Assembly: GCF_009914755.1 (NCBI RefSeq)
Contig: NC_060929.1
Strand: one strand, 5' to 3'
Length of the DNA: 64,000 bases
Source of the DNA: the human T2T-CHM13v2.0 reference genome, Homo sapiens
Below, in pieces: positions 14,908 to 29,695 of the stretch. Positions within the stretch are counted from its first letter, which is position 1. The number at the start of each line of letters is the position of its first letter. The position numbers and the translations under genes are program-made. The notes beneath the pieces are model-generated. The model worked only from the letters and a program-made list of their open reading frames with translations. It did no database searches and had not been told where the DNA came from.

Positions 14908-16399
14908 TAGGACAAATTGTTATTACTGCTTCGTAGTGGAGATGCTTCTGGTTTATTTTGTGGCTACCGCTGTTACTGCTTGGAGTGCCTCACCGAGCCA
15001 GCTAACAACTGCGTGCGTGAGCACAGGGAAAGGCTTCTTGAGAAATGAAAACTAGATTGTAGGTTTAGGAGGGGAATAGGAAGCTTAGCTCTGTACAGCC
15101 GAAAGCCTTTTGGTAAGTTGGAGGTCCTTGAATTTCCTGGGTGACTGCATCTTGGTGACTTCTCTGAATAGACCTTCGAGGGCACTGGGGGGTGATTGTT
15201 GGAGGGCTTGGGGAGCTCAGGCAGCCCTTGTATGGGAATGTGGCTGTTACAGGAACTGCAGAAACTGGGACTGGGTTCCTGGGGAAAGGATTGGGGGTGT
15301 TGGAGGCGCTGGCCAGGGGATTATGGGGAGGTGTTCTTATCAGTGTGCGAATACTGGGCGTTCAGGCAGCGGGAAATCCGGGTCCTTGCGTGTTGTGAGC
15401 TCCCTGGAATTACGTTCTTGCCAGTTTCAGCTCAGTTGATCCCCCTCCCCTGCGCTATCATTGGACACATTTTACTTCATTGAAACCTGACTGCCACTTT
15501 TTCTGTAATCCCTCAGGGGCAGTCATCTTTTCTGATTCTGTGTATAGTTTGCTTTTCCAGATCCGTGCCATTTAAGCTAGAAAAGGGGTCAGTTTTGAGA
15601 TGTTGTGAAAATGTTGAAAGGCTTCTTGTTATTAGTGGGAAGTATCTGAAGTTGCCAGAGACTGAACTGGGGCGCGGGGAGCACTACGGCTGCTAGACAC
15701 TGCCTCACTGCGCTGTGGGTGGGGGGGTGCTGGATTCAGCCTTACTGCCTAATGATTTGTGAGGATTTGTGTTTTCAGAGTAACATTTTTACCTTATATT
15801 ACGACATCAGTTCCTAATATGTGGCGTGTGGGCCACAGATGCTGGTGTATTATTTCACATGCATTTCTATAGATTGTTTTCAGGGAATTCAGAAATGCTG
15901 TTATCTCTACACTAGTGATTGTGCTTTCTTGGTTTTTCTCTTTTCATTATTCTTAAATCCTCGTTTTTTTTTTTTTATTTGCATCTCAGTTCGTTTTTAC
16001 TCGGGAAGTGCAAGACGTGGCTACTAGAAAGAGATGTCAAGAGAACCCGGAATCCAGTAGGCTACAATTTGGCAAATCTCAGCTTAAAACTTCCTAAATG
16101 TTGACCACAGTGGATGCAAATGGCTCTGTGCATCACCTGTTAAATATGGTCAGATGACCATCCAGGTTCAAGTGGTTTGTCACCAGGGTGATACAAGCCA
16201 CACGGAGTGCCCTCCTCAGAGGCCATGTTTCAGAGACATTTATTTTGAGTGGTTTTCCAATGAGTGATGCAAGATTTATGATCCATTTTAACAGCCTGCT
16301 TTTTATGCATTTGCTCTAATTTTTAGATTTTAGGTTTAGTTTTAGGTTTTCTGTTAAACTTGCTCAAATAGGAGTGGTGGTCAAATACTGGACCGCATT

Positions 16400-16580
16400 A
16401 GTATGGTAGCCTGCCCACCTTGGCAGGCTCCACTGGAGTGCTTTGGGGCCTGCCTGGATTCCAGTCCTGGCTCTACCAGTTTTGTGTCCTCGCCGTTACT
16501 GGGAGGGAGTATTGAGGAAATGCATGCGAGGTGTTTCCGTGATTCCTGGCACGGAGCAAGTGCTCAGTAATTGTCAGCTG
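16400..16580 (+). mobile_element. MIR fragment
   Basis: cctggattccagtcctggctctacca ... cctggcacggagcaagtgctcagtaattgtcagctg. Confidence 0.5.
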
Positions 16581-17130
16581 TGAGTATTAGTAGTAGCTAA
16601 TACACTGGTACTATTCTTGGCTAACAAGCCAGCTCAAAGCTTTGATGGTTTTCCATTACCTGATGATGGTGATGATGGTTTCCACTTACTCAACACTCAC
16701 ACGCTGGGCTAGGCACTTAACCCAAATCCAAGGTCAGCATTATTGTTTGGGGGTGGGGGAGACACCTCCTGCTCTGACTTGTGTGTTTGGGTTCCCGTAT
16801 TTTCACCAGAGGGAGTTAGTCCTGCCCCAGTTCAGCTGGTCCTCAAAGTGTATATAGCTCTTTAACCATCAGCAAGTGTCTATCAGAACATAATCTTGAT
16901 TTCAGCTGCTACTAAATATCTACCAGGAGACTGCTTGAGAGAATTGCCTGATGGGTGCTGAGTCCACCATTCCTGAGATACTTTGAAATCAGTGGCTTAA
17001 CCCAAGCTGTGTGTCGGGACCCTCTCACCGTGGTCCCAATGGAGTCACTTTTCTTAGGCGCCCCCCTTTACCTTGGGCTCTGAGCTTCCCTGCCTTTCAT
17101 CTCTGTGGGATGAAGCCCCACCGCCCTTCA

Positions 17131-17379
<249 letters not shown>

Positions 17380-18028
17380 TCACACACCTGCTGCGGGGCA
17401 GCCCCAGGAAATGGCCACCCCATTTCTCCTGGAGCTGCGCGTGTTCTCAGAAACTGTGGTGGCCGTTCTGTTTTGTTTGCATCTTATAAACGTTTACCTG
17501 ATGACATTTTCCTCTTCAATTTAGCTGCTAGAAAATTTAAAGTCAGGTTGGTGGCTCACCAGTAATGAGAGTTTAGAGTAGAAGTAAACTTTATGACATA
17601 GTCTTAGACTCTTCACTTTCTTCTCAACCAATATGATTCACATTTACTTTATTTTGCTGTACCGTGAGTGTCTCTGTGTTTCCTGAATTCCTTCTGGAAT
17701 AAGGCAGGTTGTTAGTAAGCACAGGTTTCTGGTCCATCTCACAGCCTCAGGCAGTGGGCATTGCTGTCGGTGCTCCCTTTCCGGGTTACCTGTGGTAGCT
17801 CTCAAGTTGCAGGGCTGCGATTTGAAGCCTGATTTAGTACACCGTGTTTCTGTTGTGTTCTGTGGTGGTTTGCTCCTCACATGTGAGCATTCACCGTGGC
17901 CCTGTGTTTTTCCACCACACCTCTGCCTGGTGGCATCCTACTGGATGTCTCAGCCGAGCCACTCTGTTCTGAAGATGCCCTTGTCCTCCACCCCTTTGCT
18001 TTGGGCTCTAAGCTTCTTCTGCCTTTCA

Positions 18029-18352
<324 letters not shown>

Positions 18353-18504
18353 TCACGTTTTCATAGTTCCCTCTCACTACTAGGTTGTGAGCTGCGTGAA
18401 GGAAGGTTCATAGTTGTGTTGTATGTACAGGCACACAAAATTTGTCCTTGGATAAACACATATCCTCTTCCTTCTTCTCTCTGAATTTCTTTATTTTAAG
18501 AAAA

Positions 18505-18582
18505 AAATTAGAGATGGAGTCTCACTGTCTTGCTCAGGCTGGTCTCAAACTCCTAGGCTCAAGTGATCCTCCTGCCTCAGCC
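18505..18582 (-). mobile_element. Alu monomer fragment
   Basis: agagatggagtctcactgtcttgctcaggctggtctcaaactcctaggctcaagtgatcctcctgcctcagcc. Confidence 0.75.
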
Positions 18583-19130
18583 TATACTAATATGAATTCC
18601 TATACTAATATGATTGAAATTAGTTTGATTTCTATAATAATTGTGCTCCCAGATTGGGCTTCTGTTTTGATAGTAGAACTAAATTATTAGGCTATTTCAA
18701 GAAATTAATATATTACTGGTAGAAAAACTGAAGCTACAAAATGGCCTGGTTTCTCACTTCAGTTAAATTTGTGCTTCTGAGTGCTTGTATTCTAGGTGAA
18801 ACCACACTGAGAAGGTATTTGTGGCCCATACACTGATTCCTTCATGAGACTTGTTTGCACAGGAGAGCTGCTAAAAATTACTGCTCTCAGGGAGGTCTGT
18901 GGTGAACAGGTATGAAGAAGAAGACTGTTCTCTGCCCTTCTTTTTGCAATAAAATGTTCCAAACTATCTTGAGTTTGATCCCTTTTCGGGTGTTTGGGGT
19001 TTTTTTAACATTCACATATTTCTTGGAATTATAAGAAATTAACTTTGTGCTTCTGAAGTAGGTTTGCCTTAATATAACACTGATGTATTTGTAAGGGGCA
19101 TTTTTAAAGCTGTACTTTAAAAAATAATAA

Positions 19131-19745
<615 letters not shown>

Positions 19746-19748
19746 GGG

Positions 19749-20005
<257 letters not shown>

Positions 20006-20264
20006 CTAAACTTTAATCTCATACCCAGTTCCTAGATGAGTCCCTTCTCCAGCTCAGGTTCCGCCTAAGCCTCAGGGTTCCTTACTTGGTGGGCACCACC
20101 TGCTCCCTTCCCCACCTTTGTCCTCTTTTTCCTCTGCTGGCTCCTCCGGGGTTGGGTGTGTTCAGAGGCAGAGACAGGCTAAAGGTCTTTGGCTTTTAGG
20201 TTCTGTTGGTGGGTGAGTTCCAGATATAGCTTTCTCTTGTAGGATATTTCATTTATTTATCTAT

Positions 20265-20450
20265 TAAAAATATTTATTTAGAACACACCATTCATGTGCC
20301 AGACCCTGTCCAGGCACTGGGGATAGGGTGATAAATGAGATCAACAAAAATACCTGCCCACATTAAGCTCCTGTTCTAGGGAAGACAGAAAGAAAATACA
20401 CGTGTCCTTAGTATATTAGAAGATTCCAAGTACTGTAGAGAAAAATAAAG
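20265..20450 (-). mobile_element. L2 fragment (further L2 pieces ~21640-22340 and ~22925-22990)
   Basis: atgtgccagaccctgtccaggcactggggatagggtgataaatgagatcaacaaaaatacctgccc resembles the reverse complement of the L2 3' end. Confidence 0.55.
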
Positions 20451-20452
20451 CA

Positions 20453-20930
<478 letters not shown>

Positions 20931-21772
20931 AAGCTTTCCTGAGTTCCCACAGTTCTCTGCCCCTCTCCTGTCTCACGGGGTGTGGGCCACCTGTGGCTTG
21001 CGGTTGTTTCGCGCCAAGCTAATATCTTGTTCTTCCCAACAGAGAGGCCCGTTGAGGCTTCTCTGTCCTCCATGGGGAACAGCATTGGCCTAAACCTGCA
21101 GACACCATTGCAAAGGGAAGTCAGCTCAGGCAAACCCGCTGGTGAAGAAGAATTCCAGTGTGGGGACACAGAGACTGACATTTCTTGCCATGGGTGATTT
21201 AATTTTGGGCCTCAGTTTTTCATTCCCCCCTAAGAGTATGACACAGCCGCATCCTTGCCAGGGCCGGAGGGAGGGTGGATGGACTTATAGGTGTTGCTTG
21301 TGGCTGGGTGACTTGCTTCTGCCAACGAGATTTTCACAGACACAGCACAAGCAGAAGCCTGGAATGTGTGGCACTGCCAGGCCTGCCCTCTTAGGCTCTT
21401 GATTTTCCCCACGAGATATGCGTGCCCCAGGGAACGGCGGCTCTGGCTGTGGAATGAGAGGCGTGTGGAGCAGGCATGGTTCCCACCCTCAGCCTAGAGT
21501 CAAGGCCAGACTAGATCAGCCTAAGCCCAGCCACGCCACGGGTGCAGCAGTGAAGAGCAAATGCCAACTGTCCATGACAGTGACTTTCAAAGGGGCGTGT
21601 CATGTGCCTCATCCCAGCAACAGGGAAGGCATTTCTCTATCAGTCAGTTGGTAAATGATTATTGACAGTGTGTGGGAAGGTGGAGTTATTTGAGTAGATT
21701 TGGCCTCTGTTCTCATGGAGCTTCCTTTCTAGAGGGGAAGGCAGATGATGGATGAATAAATATAAATGATTC

Positions 21773-21897
21773 TAATAGGTTGGTGCAGCAGTCATTAAAA
21801 GTAATGGCAAAAAAAAAAAAAAAAAAAAACGAGGAGCCGGTGCTGCAGTTCATTAATAGTAATGGCAAAAACTGCGATGACTTGTGCGCCAACCTAA
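21773..21897. mobile_element. Rearranged MADE1/Hsmar1-type MITE with internal duplication and A run
   Basis: TAGGTTGGTGCA...GCGCCAACCTAA termini; CATTAAWAGTAATGGCAAAA present twice. Confidence 0.7.
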
Positions 21898-22349
21898 CCC
21901 AGTAATCACGGGTGTGCAAAATGTGGCGATGGGCAAGTTCCGAGTGCTAGGAGAGCATCTAGCTTCCCGGAGTCAGGAGACGGGGGTTGGCAACCTAACC
22001 AAGGTTAAGTCCAAGGGAGGGGGGTGGGCAGGGAGCGATATTTCAGTGGAGACTCCAAGGACGAATGGTATTTAGAGAGTAAACCCCGATAGAGAGGGTT
22101 TGTGTCTGGCACAGAGAAGAGCCTGTGCAAAAGCCAGCGGGGCGAGAGGACACCATGTGTTCATCCACCTGAGGGGCGACCAGCAGGCTGGAGCTCAGCG
22201 GGTTGAGAGGAGGATGCAGAGCCCGGGAAAGGCACCCTAGGCAGAGGGCACAGCAGGGCAAAGGCCTGGAGTCAGGCCTGAGCCTGTGTGGTTTGAGGAA
22301 CGGATAGAGGCCTGTCCGGCAGGAAGGGAACAGCACAGGGGAGAGACCT

Positions 22350-22925
22350 TAGGCCAGAGCAGAGGGCAGGGCTGTGCTGGGCACTGTGGGCTGTGGATGG
22401 TGCTGGCATTTAAGAGGGGAGACCATAGACCAGGGCAGAGGGCAGGGCTGTGCCGGGCACTGTGGGCTGTGGATGGTGCTGGAATTTAAGAGGGGAGACC
22501 ATAGACCGAAGTAGAGGGCAGGGCTGTGCTGGGCACTGTGGGCTGTGGATGGGAGCTGGCATTTAAGAGGGGAGACCATAAGCCAGGGCAGAGGGGTGGG
22601 GAGGGCTGGGCCAGGCACCAGAGTGGAGACCACAGGCCAGGGCAGAGGGCAGGGCTGTGAGGGCACTGTAGGCTGTGGATGGGAGCTGGCATTTAAGAGG
22701 GGAGTCCATAGACCAGGGCAGAGGGCAGGGCTGTGAGGGCACTGTAGGCTGTGGATGGGAGCTGGCATTTAAGAGGGGAGTCCATAGACCAGGGCAGAGG
22801 GCAGGGCCGTGCTGGGCACTTTGGGCTGTGGATGGGAGCTGGCATTTAAGAGGGGAGACCATAGACCAGGGTAGAGGGCAGGGCCGTGCTGGGCACTTTG
22901 GGCTGTGGATGGGAGCTGGCATTTA
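22350..22925. repeat. 76-77-bp VNTR (~7.5 copies) within L2-like sequence
   Basis: GGGAGCTGGCATTTA at 22681, 22757, 22834, 22911. Confidence 0.9.
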
Positions 22926-23319
22926 TGCTCAAGTGATGGGAATATGTTAAAAGATTTTAAGGAGGGGAGTAACAGTTGGGATTAATGTGTATTCTGGGAA
23001 TCTCAACAAAGTAAATTCATAGTTCGAATTTTCATAAGACTTCTGCACAGGCAGAGAGAAATAAGATCGCATCTACAGCTGTGTGGTGATTTTCTTTAAA
23101 AATACTACTAAGTTTTTAAACGTGATTTCAAATGGTGTGTTTCTGTTTCACATTGGACATAAGTAGATTGCAAGGCTAATGGAAAGTAGAAAAGTTAACT
23201 CATGAACATAAAAGAGACATCGATTTGAAAACAAAACATTTATTCATTTACTTCTGCTGCAGTTTTCTTGACTGCTGAATTTCGTAAGAAGGGATTGGTC
23301 AGGGAGGGTCTTGGGGCTG

Positions 23320-26300
23320 AAGACCTGGAGAGGAGCTGGTGCTATCGCTGTTCAAATCTGAAGGTGGTGGAGATGGAGCCTTGGGGAGGAGCCGGTGCTG
23401 CCTTTTAAGTCTATGAGAGTCGTTGAGCTGGAGGTCCAGGGAAGAGCTGGTGCTGCCACTGATGTCTTAGGTTGTGGAGCTGAAGACAGTGAAGGAGCTG
23501 GTTTGGCTGTTCTGTGAGGGTCGTGGAGCTGGAGATCCAGGTGGGAGAGGTGTTCTAGTTTGAGGGTCATGCAGATGGAGATCTGTGAGGAGCTGATGTT
23601 ATTTTAATTGGTGGGTCGTAGAGCTGGAGACCAGGGAGGAACTGGTGTGGTTCTAGTTTGAGGGTTGTGGAGCTGGAGACACAGGGAGGAGCTGAGGTTC
23701 TAGTTTGATGGTTGTGCAGCTGAAGACTCGGGGAGGGGCTGAGGTTCTAGTTTGAGGGCCCTACAGCTGGAGATCCGGAGAGGAGCTGATGTTTTAGATT
23801 GAGGGTCGTGCAGCTGGAGAACCAGACAGGAGCTGATGTTATAGATTGAGCATTGTGCAGCTGAAGACTCGGGGATGAGCTGATGTTGTTCGCTTTGAGG
23901 GTCTTTCAGCTGAAGACTCGGGGAGGAGCTGATGTTCTAGATTGAGGGTCATGCAGCTAAAGACTTGGGGAGGAGCTGATCTTCTAGTTTGAGGGTCATG
24001 CAGCTGAAGACTCGGGGAGGAGCTGATATTCTAGTTTGAGGGCCCTGCAGCTGGAGATACAGATAGGAGCTGATGTTGTAGTTTGAGGGTCTTGCAGTTG
24101 AAGATTCAGGGAGGAACTGCTCATGTAGTTTGAGGGTCATGGAACTGGAAACCCAGAGAGGAGCTGATCTTATAGATTGAGGGTTCTGCAGCTGAAGACT
24201 CGGGGAGCAGCTGAGGTTCTAACTTGAGGAACCTACAGCTGGAGACCTGGAGAGGAGCTGATGTTCTAATTTAAGGGTGGTGCAGCGGAAAAATCGGGGG
24301 GGGGGGAGCTGATGTTGTTCGCGTTGAGGGTCTTTCAGCTGGAGACTCGGGGAGGAGCTGATGTTCTAGATTGAGGGTCATGGAGTTGGAGGCCTGGAGA
24401 GGAGCTGATGTTGTAGTTTGAGCATCTTGCCAGCTGCAAACCCGGAGAGAAGCTGATGTAGTTTGAGGGTCTTGCAGCTGCAGACCCAGAGAGGAACTGA
24501 TGTTCTAGATTGAGGATCATGCAGCTGAAGACTCTGGGAGGAGCTGATGTTCTAACTTGAGGGTCATGCAGCTGAAGACTCGGGGAGGAGCTGATGTTCT
24601 AGTTTGAGGGTCTTGCAGCTGCAGACCTGGAGAGGAGCTGATGTTCTAGATTGAGGGTCGCACAGCTGAAGACTTGGGGAGTAGCTGATGTTGTTTGCAT
24701 TGAGTCTTTCAGTTGGAGACTCAGGGAGGAGCTGATGTTCTAGATTTAGGGTCATGGAACTGGAGACCTGGAGAGAAGCTGATTTTCTAGTTTGAGGGTC
24801 TTGCTGCTGCAGACCCGGAGAGGAGCTGATGTTCTAGTTTGAGGATCTTGCAGCTGCAGACGTGGAGAAGAGCTGATCTTCTAGTTTGAGGGTCGTGCAG
24901 CTGAAGTCTCGGGGATGAGCTGAGGTTCTAGTTTGAGGGTCGTGCAGCAGAAGACTCGGGGAGGAGCTGAGGTTCTAGTTTGAGGGTCGTGCACCTGGAG
25001 AACTGGACAGGAGCTGATGTTCTAGATTGAGCATCGTACAGCTGAAGACTTGGGGAGGAGCTTATGTTGTTCACTTTGAGGGTCTTTCAGCTGGAGACTC
25101 AGGCAGGAGCTGATGTTCTAGTTTGAGGATCTCGTAGCTGCAGAATCAGAGAGGAGCTGATGTTCTAGATTGAGGATCTTGTAGCTACAGACCCATAGAG
25201 GAGCTGATGATCTAGATTCAGGGTCATGCAGCTGAAGACTCGGGGAGGAGCTGATGTTGTAGTTTGAGGGTCATGCAGCTGAAGACTTGGTGAGGAGCTT
25301 ATGTTGTTCACTTTGAGGGTCTTTCAGCTGGAGACTCAGGCAGGAGCTGATGTTCTAGATTGAGGATCATGGAGGTGAAAACCCGGAGAGGAGCTGATGT
25401 TCTAGTTTGAATGTCTTGCAGCTGCAGACCCAGAGAGGAGCTGATGTTCTAGTTTGAGGATCTTGTAGCTGCAGACCCAGAGAGGAGCTGATGTTCTAGA
25501 TTGAGGATCTTGTAGCTACAGACCCGTAGAGGAGCTGATGTTCTAGATTGAGGGTCATGCAGCTGAAGACTCGGGGAGGAGCTGATGTTCTAGTTTGAGG
25601 GTCGTGCAGCTGAAGACTCGGGAAGGAGCTGATGTTCTAGATTGAGGGTCATGCAGCTGAAGACTCGGAGAGGAGCTGATGTTCTAGTTTGAGGGTTGTG
25701 CAGCTGAAGCCTCAGGGAGGAGCTGATGTTCTAGTTTGAGGGCCCTACAGCTGGAGAACTGGAGAGGAGCTGATGTTCTAGTTTGAGTGTCTTGCAGCTG
25801 CAGACCCATAGAAAAGCTAATGTTCAGTTTGAAGGTCTTGCAGCTGCAGACCCGGAGAGGAGCTGATGTTCTAGATTTTGAGGGTCCTGCAGCTGAAGAC
25901 TCGGGGAGGAGCTGATGTTCTAGTTTGAGGGTCATGCAGCTGAAGAGCCAGGGAGGAGCTGATGTTCTAGCTTGAGGGACCTACAGCTGAAGACTTGGAG
26001 AGAAGCTGATGTTCTAGTTTAAGGGTGTTGCAGCTGAAGACTCGGGGTGGAGCTTATGTTGTTTGCATTGAAAGTCTTTCAGCTGGATGTTCAGGGAGGA
26101 GCTGATGTTCTAGATTGAGGGTCTTGGAGCTGGAGACCTAGAGAGGAGCTGATGTTCTAATTTGAGTATCTTGCAGCTGCAGGCCTGGAGAGGAGCTGAT
26201 GTAGTTTGAAGGTCTTGCAGCTGCAGACCGGGAGAGGAGCTGATGTTCTGGATTGAGGATCTTGCAGCTGAAGACTCGGGGAGGAGCTGATGTTCTAAGT

Positions 26301-29300
26301 TGAGGGTCTTGCAACTGAAGACTTGAGGAGGAGCTGATGTTCTAGCTTGAGGGTCGTTCAGCTGAAGACTCGGGGAGGAGCTGTTCTGGTTTGAGGGTCG
26401 CGTAGCTGAATACTCCAGGAGGAGCTGATGTTCCAGTTTGAGGGTCATGCAGCTGGAGATCCGGCAGGAGCTGATGTTCCAGTTTGAGGGCCGGGTAGCT
26501 GATGTAACAGTTTGAAGGTCATGCAACTGGAGACCTGTGCGGGGGAGAAGATGTTCCAGTTTGAGGGCCATGCAGTTTGAGACCCAGCGGGAAGCTGATG
26601 TTCCGGTATGAGGGCCATGAAGCTAGAGACCTGGTTGGGAGGTGATGTTCCAGGTTGAGGACCGTGCAGCTGGAGACCGGGCGGGAGCTGATGTTCCAGT
26701 TTGAGGTCCGTGCAGCTGGAGACCCAGGAGGGAGCTGATGTTCCAGTTTCAGGGCCGTGCAGCTGGAGACACCGCGGGGAGCTCATGTTCCAGTTTGAGG
26801 GCCGGGGAGCTGATGTACCAGTTTGAGGGCCATACAACTGGAGACCCGGGGGGGAGAAGATATTCCAGTTTCAGGGCCGTGCAGCTGGAGACCCCGCGGG
26901 AAGCTGATGTTCCAGTCTGAGGGTCTTGCAGCTGGAGACCCGGGGAGGAATATCAAACTCGAACATCTGCTCCCCACAGTGTCTCCAGCTGCACAGCTCT
27001 CAAACTGGAACATCGGTTCCCATCCGGGTCTCCAGCTGCACAGCCCTCAAACTGCAACATCGGCTACCCCCGAGTCTCCAGCTGCAAGACCCTCAGACTG
27101 GAACATCAGCTCCCCACCAGGTCTCCAGCTGCACAGCCCTTAACCTGGAACAGTTTGAACCTGGTGGGGGAGCTGATGTTGCAATTGGAGGGCCGTGCAG
27201 CTGGAGACCCAGAGGGGAGCAGACGTTCTAGTTTTAGGGCCGTGAAGCTGTAGACTCAGGAGGAAGCTGATGTTCCAGTTTGAGAGCTGTGCAGCTGGAG
27301 ACCCGGGGGGGAACTGATGCTGCAGTTTGAGGGCCATGCAGCTGGATACCCGGCTGGGAGCTGATGTTGCAGTTTGAGGGCTGTGCGCCTGGAGCCCTGG
27401 GGCGGAGCTGATATTCCAGTTTGAGGGCCGTGCAGCTGGAGACCTGATGGGAGCCGATGTTCCAGTTTGAGGGCCATGCAGCTGGAGACCCGGCGGGGAG
27501 CTCATATTCCAGTTTGCAGGCCGTGCAGCTGGAGACCTGGTGGGGAGCTGATGTTCCAGTTTGAGGGCCGTGCAACTGGAGACCCGGCAGGGAGCTGATG
27601 TTCCAGTTTGAGGGCCCTGCAGCTGGAGACCCATGGGGATCTGATGTTCCAGTTTCAGGTTGGTGCAGCTGGCGACCCGGGTGGGAGCTGATGTTCTAGT
27701 TTGAGGGCCGTGCAGCTGGCGACCCGGGGGCGGGCTGATGTTCCAGTTTGAAGGCCGTGCATTTGGAAACCCTGGGGTGAGCTGAATTTCCAGTTTGAGA
27801 GATGTGCAGATGGAGACCCAGTGGGGGAGCTGATGTTCCAGTTTGAGGGCCCAGAAGCTGATGTTCCAGTTTGAGGGCCCAGGAGCTGATGTTCCAGTTT
27901 AAGGCTGTGCAGCTGGAGACCCAGGGGTGAGCTGATGTTCTACTTTGAGGGCTGTGCAGCTTGAGACCCGGCGGGTAGCTGATGTTCCAGTTTGAGGGCC
28001 GTGCAGCTGGAGACCCAGGTGGGAGCTGTTGTTCTAGTTTTAGGGCCATGCAGCTGGAGACCCGGGGAGTGGGGGGAGCTGATGGTGCAGTTTGAGGGCC
28101 ATGCAGCTGAGGACCCAGGGGGGAGCTGATGTTCTCCTTTGAGTGCTGTGCAGCTGGAGACCCGGGGGGAGTTGATGTTCCGTTTGAGGGCCGTGCAGCT
28201 GGAGACCCAGGTGGGAGCTGATGTTCCGGTTTGAGGGTGGTGCAGCTGGCGACCTGGGCGGGAGCTGATGTTCTAGTTTGAGGACTGTGCAGCTGGAGAC
28301 CCAGCGGGGAGCTGATGTTGCAGTTTGAGGGCCATGCAGCTGGAGACCCATGGGGGAGCTGATGTTGTTTTGAGAGCCGTGCAGCTGGAGATCCGGGGGT
28401 GAGCTGATGTTCCTGTTTGAGGGCTGTGCAGCTGGAGGCCTAGCGAGGAGCTAATGTTCCTGTTTGAGGTCCTTGCAGCTGGAGACCTGGGGAGGAGCTG
28501 ATGTTCTTGTTTGAGGGCCTTCCAGCCGGAGACCCGGGGATGTGCTGATGTTCCCATTTGAGAGCTGTGCAGCTGGAGACCCGTGGGGGAGCTGATGTTC
28601 CCTTTAGAGGACCGTGCCACTGGAGAGCCTGCGGGGATCTGATGTTCCAGTTTCAGGGCCATGCATCTTGAGACTCGGGGAGGTACTGATGTTCCCGTTG
28701 GAGAGCCGTGCAGCTGGAGACCTGGGGAGGAGCTGATGTTCCCGTTTGAGGGCCGTGCAGGTGGAGACCTGGGGAGGAGCTGATGTTGTTCTAGTTTGTG
28801 TGTTGTGCAGCTGCAGATCCAGGGATGAGATGGTCCTGCGGTTCAAATATGAGGGTCCCGGAGCTGGAGTCTATGTGAGGAGCCAATGCTGCCTCTGATG
28901 TCTTAGGTTGTGGAGCTGGAAACTCGCGGAGGAGTCGGTATTAGTGTTTCTAGTTGAGGGTTGTGGATCTGGAGATACAGTGGGGAGCAGTGTTCTAGTT
29001 TGTGGGTCGTGGAGCTGGAGACCCAGGGAGGAGCTGGTGTGTTTCTAGTTGAGGGTCATGGAGCTGGAGACCCACGGAGGAGCTGGTATGTTCTAGTTGA
29101 GGGTCGTGGAGCTGGAGATCTGGGGAAGAGCTGGTGCTGCGGTTCAAGTCTGAGGGTCTCAGAGCTGGAGCGCCCGGGAGGAGTAGGTACTGCCACTGAT
29201 GTCTTAGGTTTTGGAGCTGGAGACCTGTGGACAAGCCAGGCTGGTGTTCTAGTTTGAGGTTCCTGGAGCTGGAATCCTGGTCAGGAGCCAGTGATGCTGT

Positions 29301-29340
29301 TTAAGTCTGAAGTTCGTGGAGCTAAACACGGAGCCGATGT
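23320..29340. repeat. ~6-kb diverged 46-47-bp satellite-like array (>100 units), two sub-families and one internal inversion
   Basis: Left consensus GAGCTGATGTTCTAGTTTGAGGGTCRTGCAGCTGAAGACTCGGGGAG, right consensus GAGCTGATGTTCCAGTTTGAGGGCCGTGCAGCTGGAGACCCGGNGG; period 47 at 25581-25628 and 27547-27594. Confidence 0.93.
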
Positions 29341-29695
29341 TAGGGAAGTAGAGAGAGAGAGTTTCAGGACGCCACTTGAAACTGTCCATGTAGCTGAATC
29401 CCAAGCAAGTTAAGCCTGGGAGCTTCTCAGTCCTCGGGATCAATGCATTCCTTTTTCTCTTACACAGTTTGGATTTGTTTTCTGTCTAATGAGACAGAAA
29501 GACCCTGATTAATACCCTCAGGAATTGAAAAGCTTAAAAAAAACTAAATGATATTGGTATAATAATAATAGAAATTAAGCTATGATTATCCTGACAGACA
29601 AAATCACACACCACACACAATATACATCTTTTCAATCAGTTAGTCAAATAAAATATAAATTGAAAAATAGACCCATGCAAAGCTATAAAAAGTTA

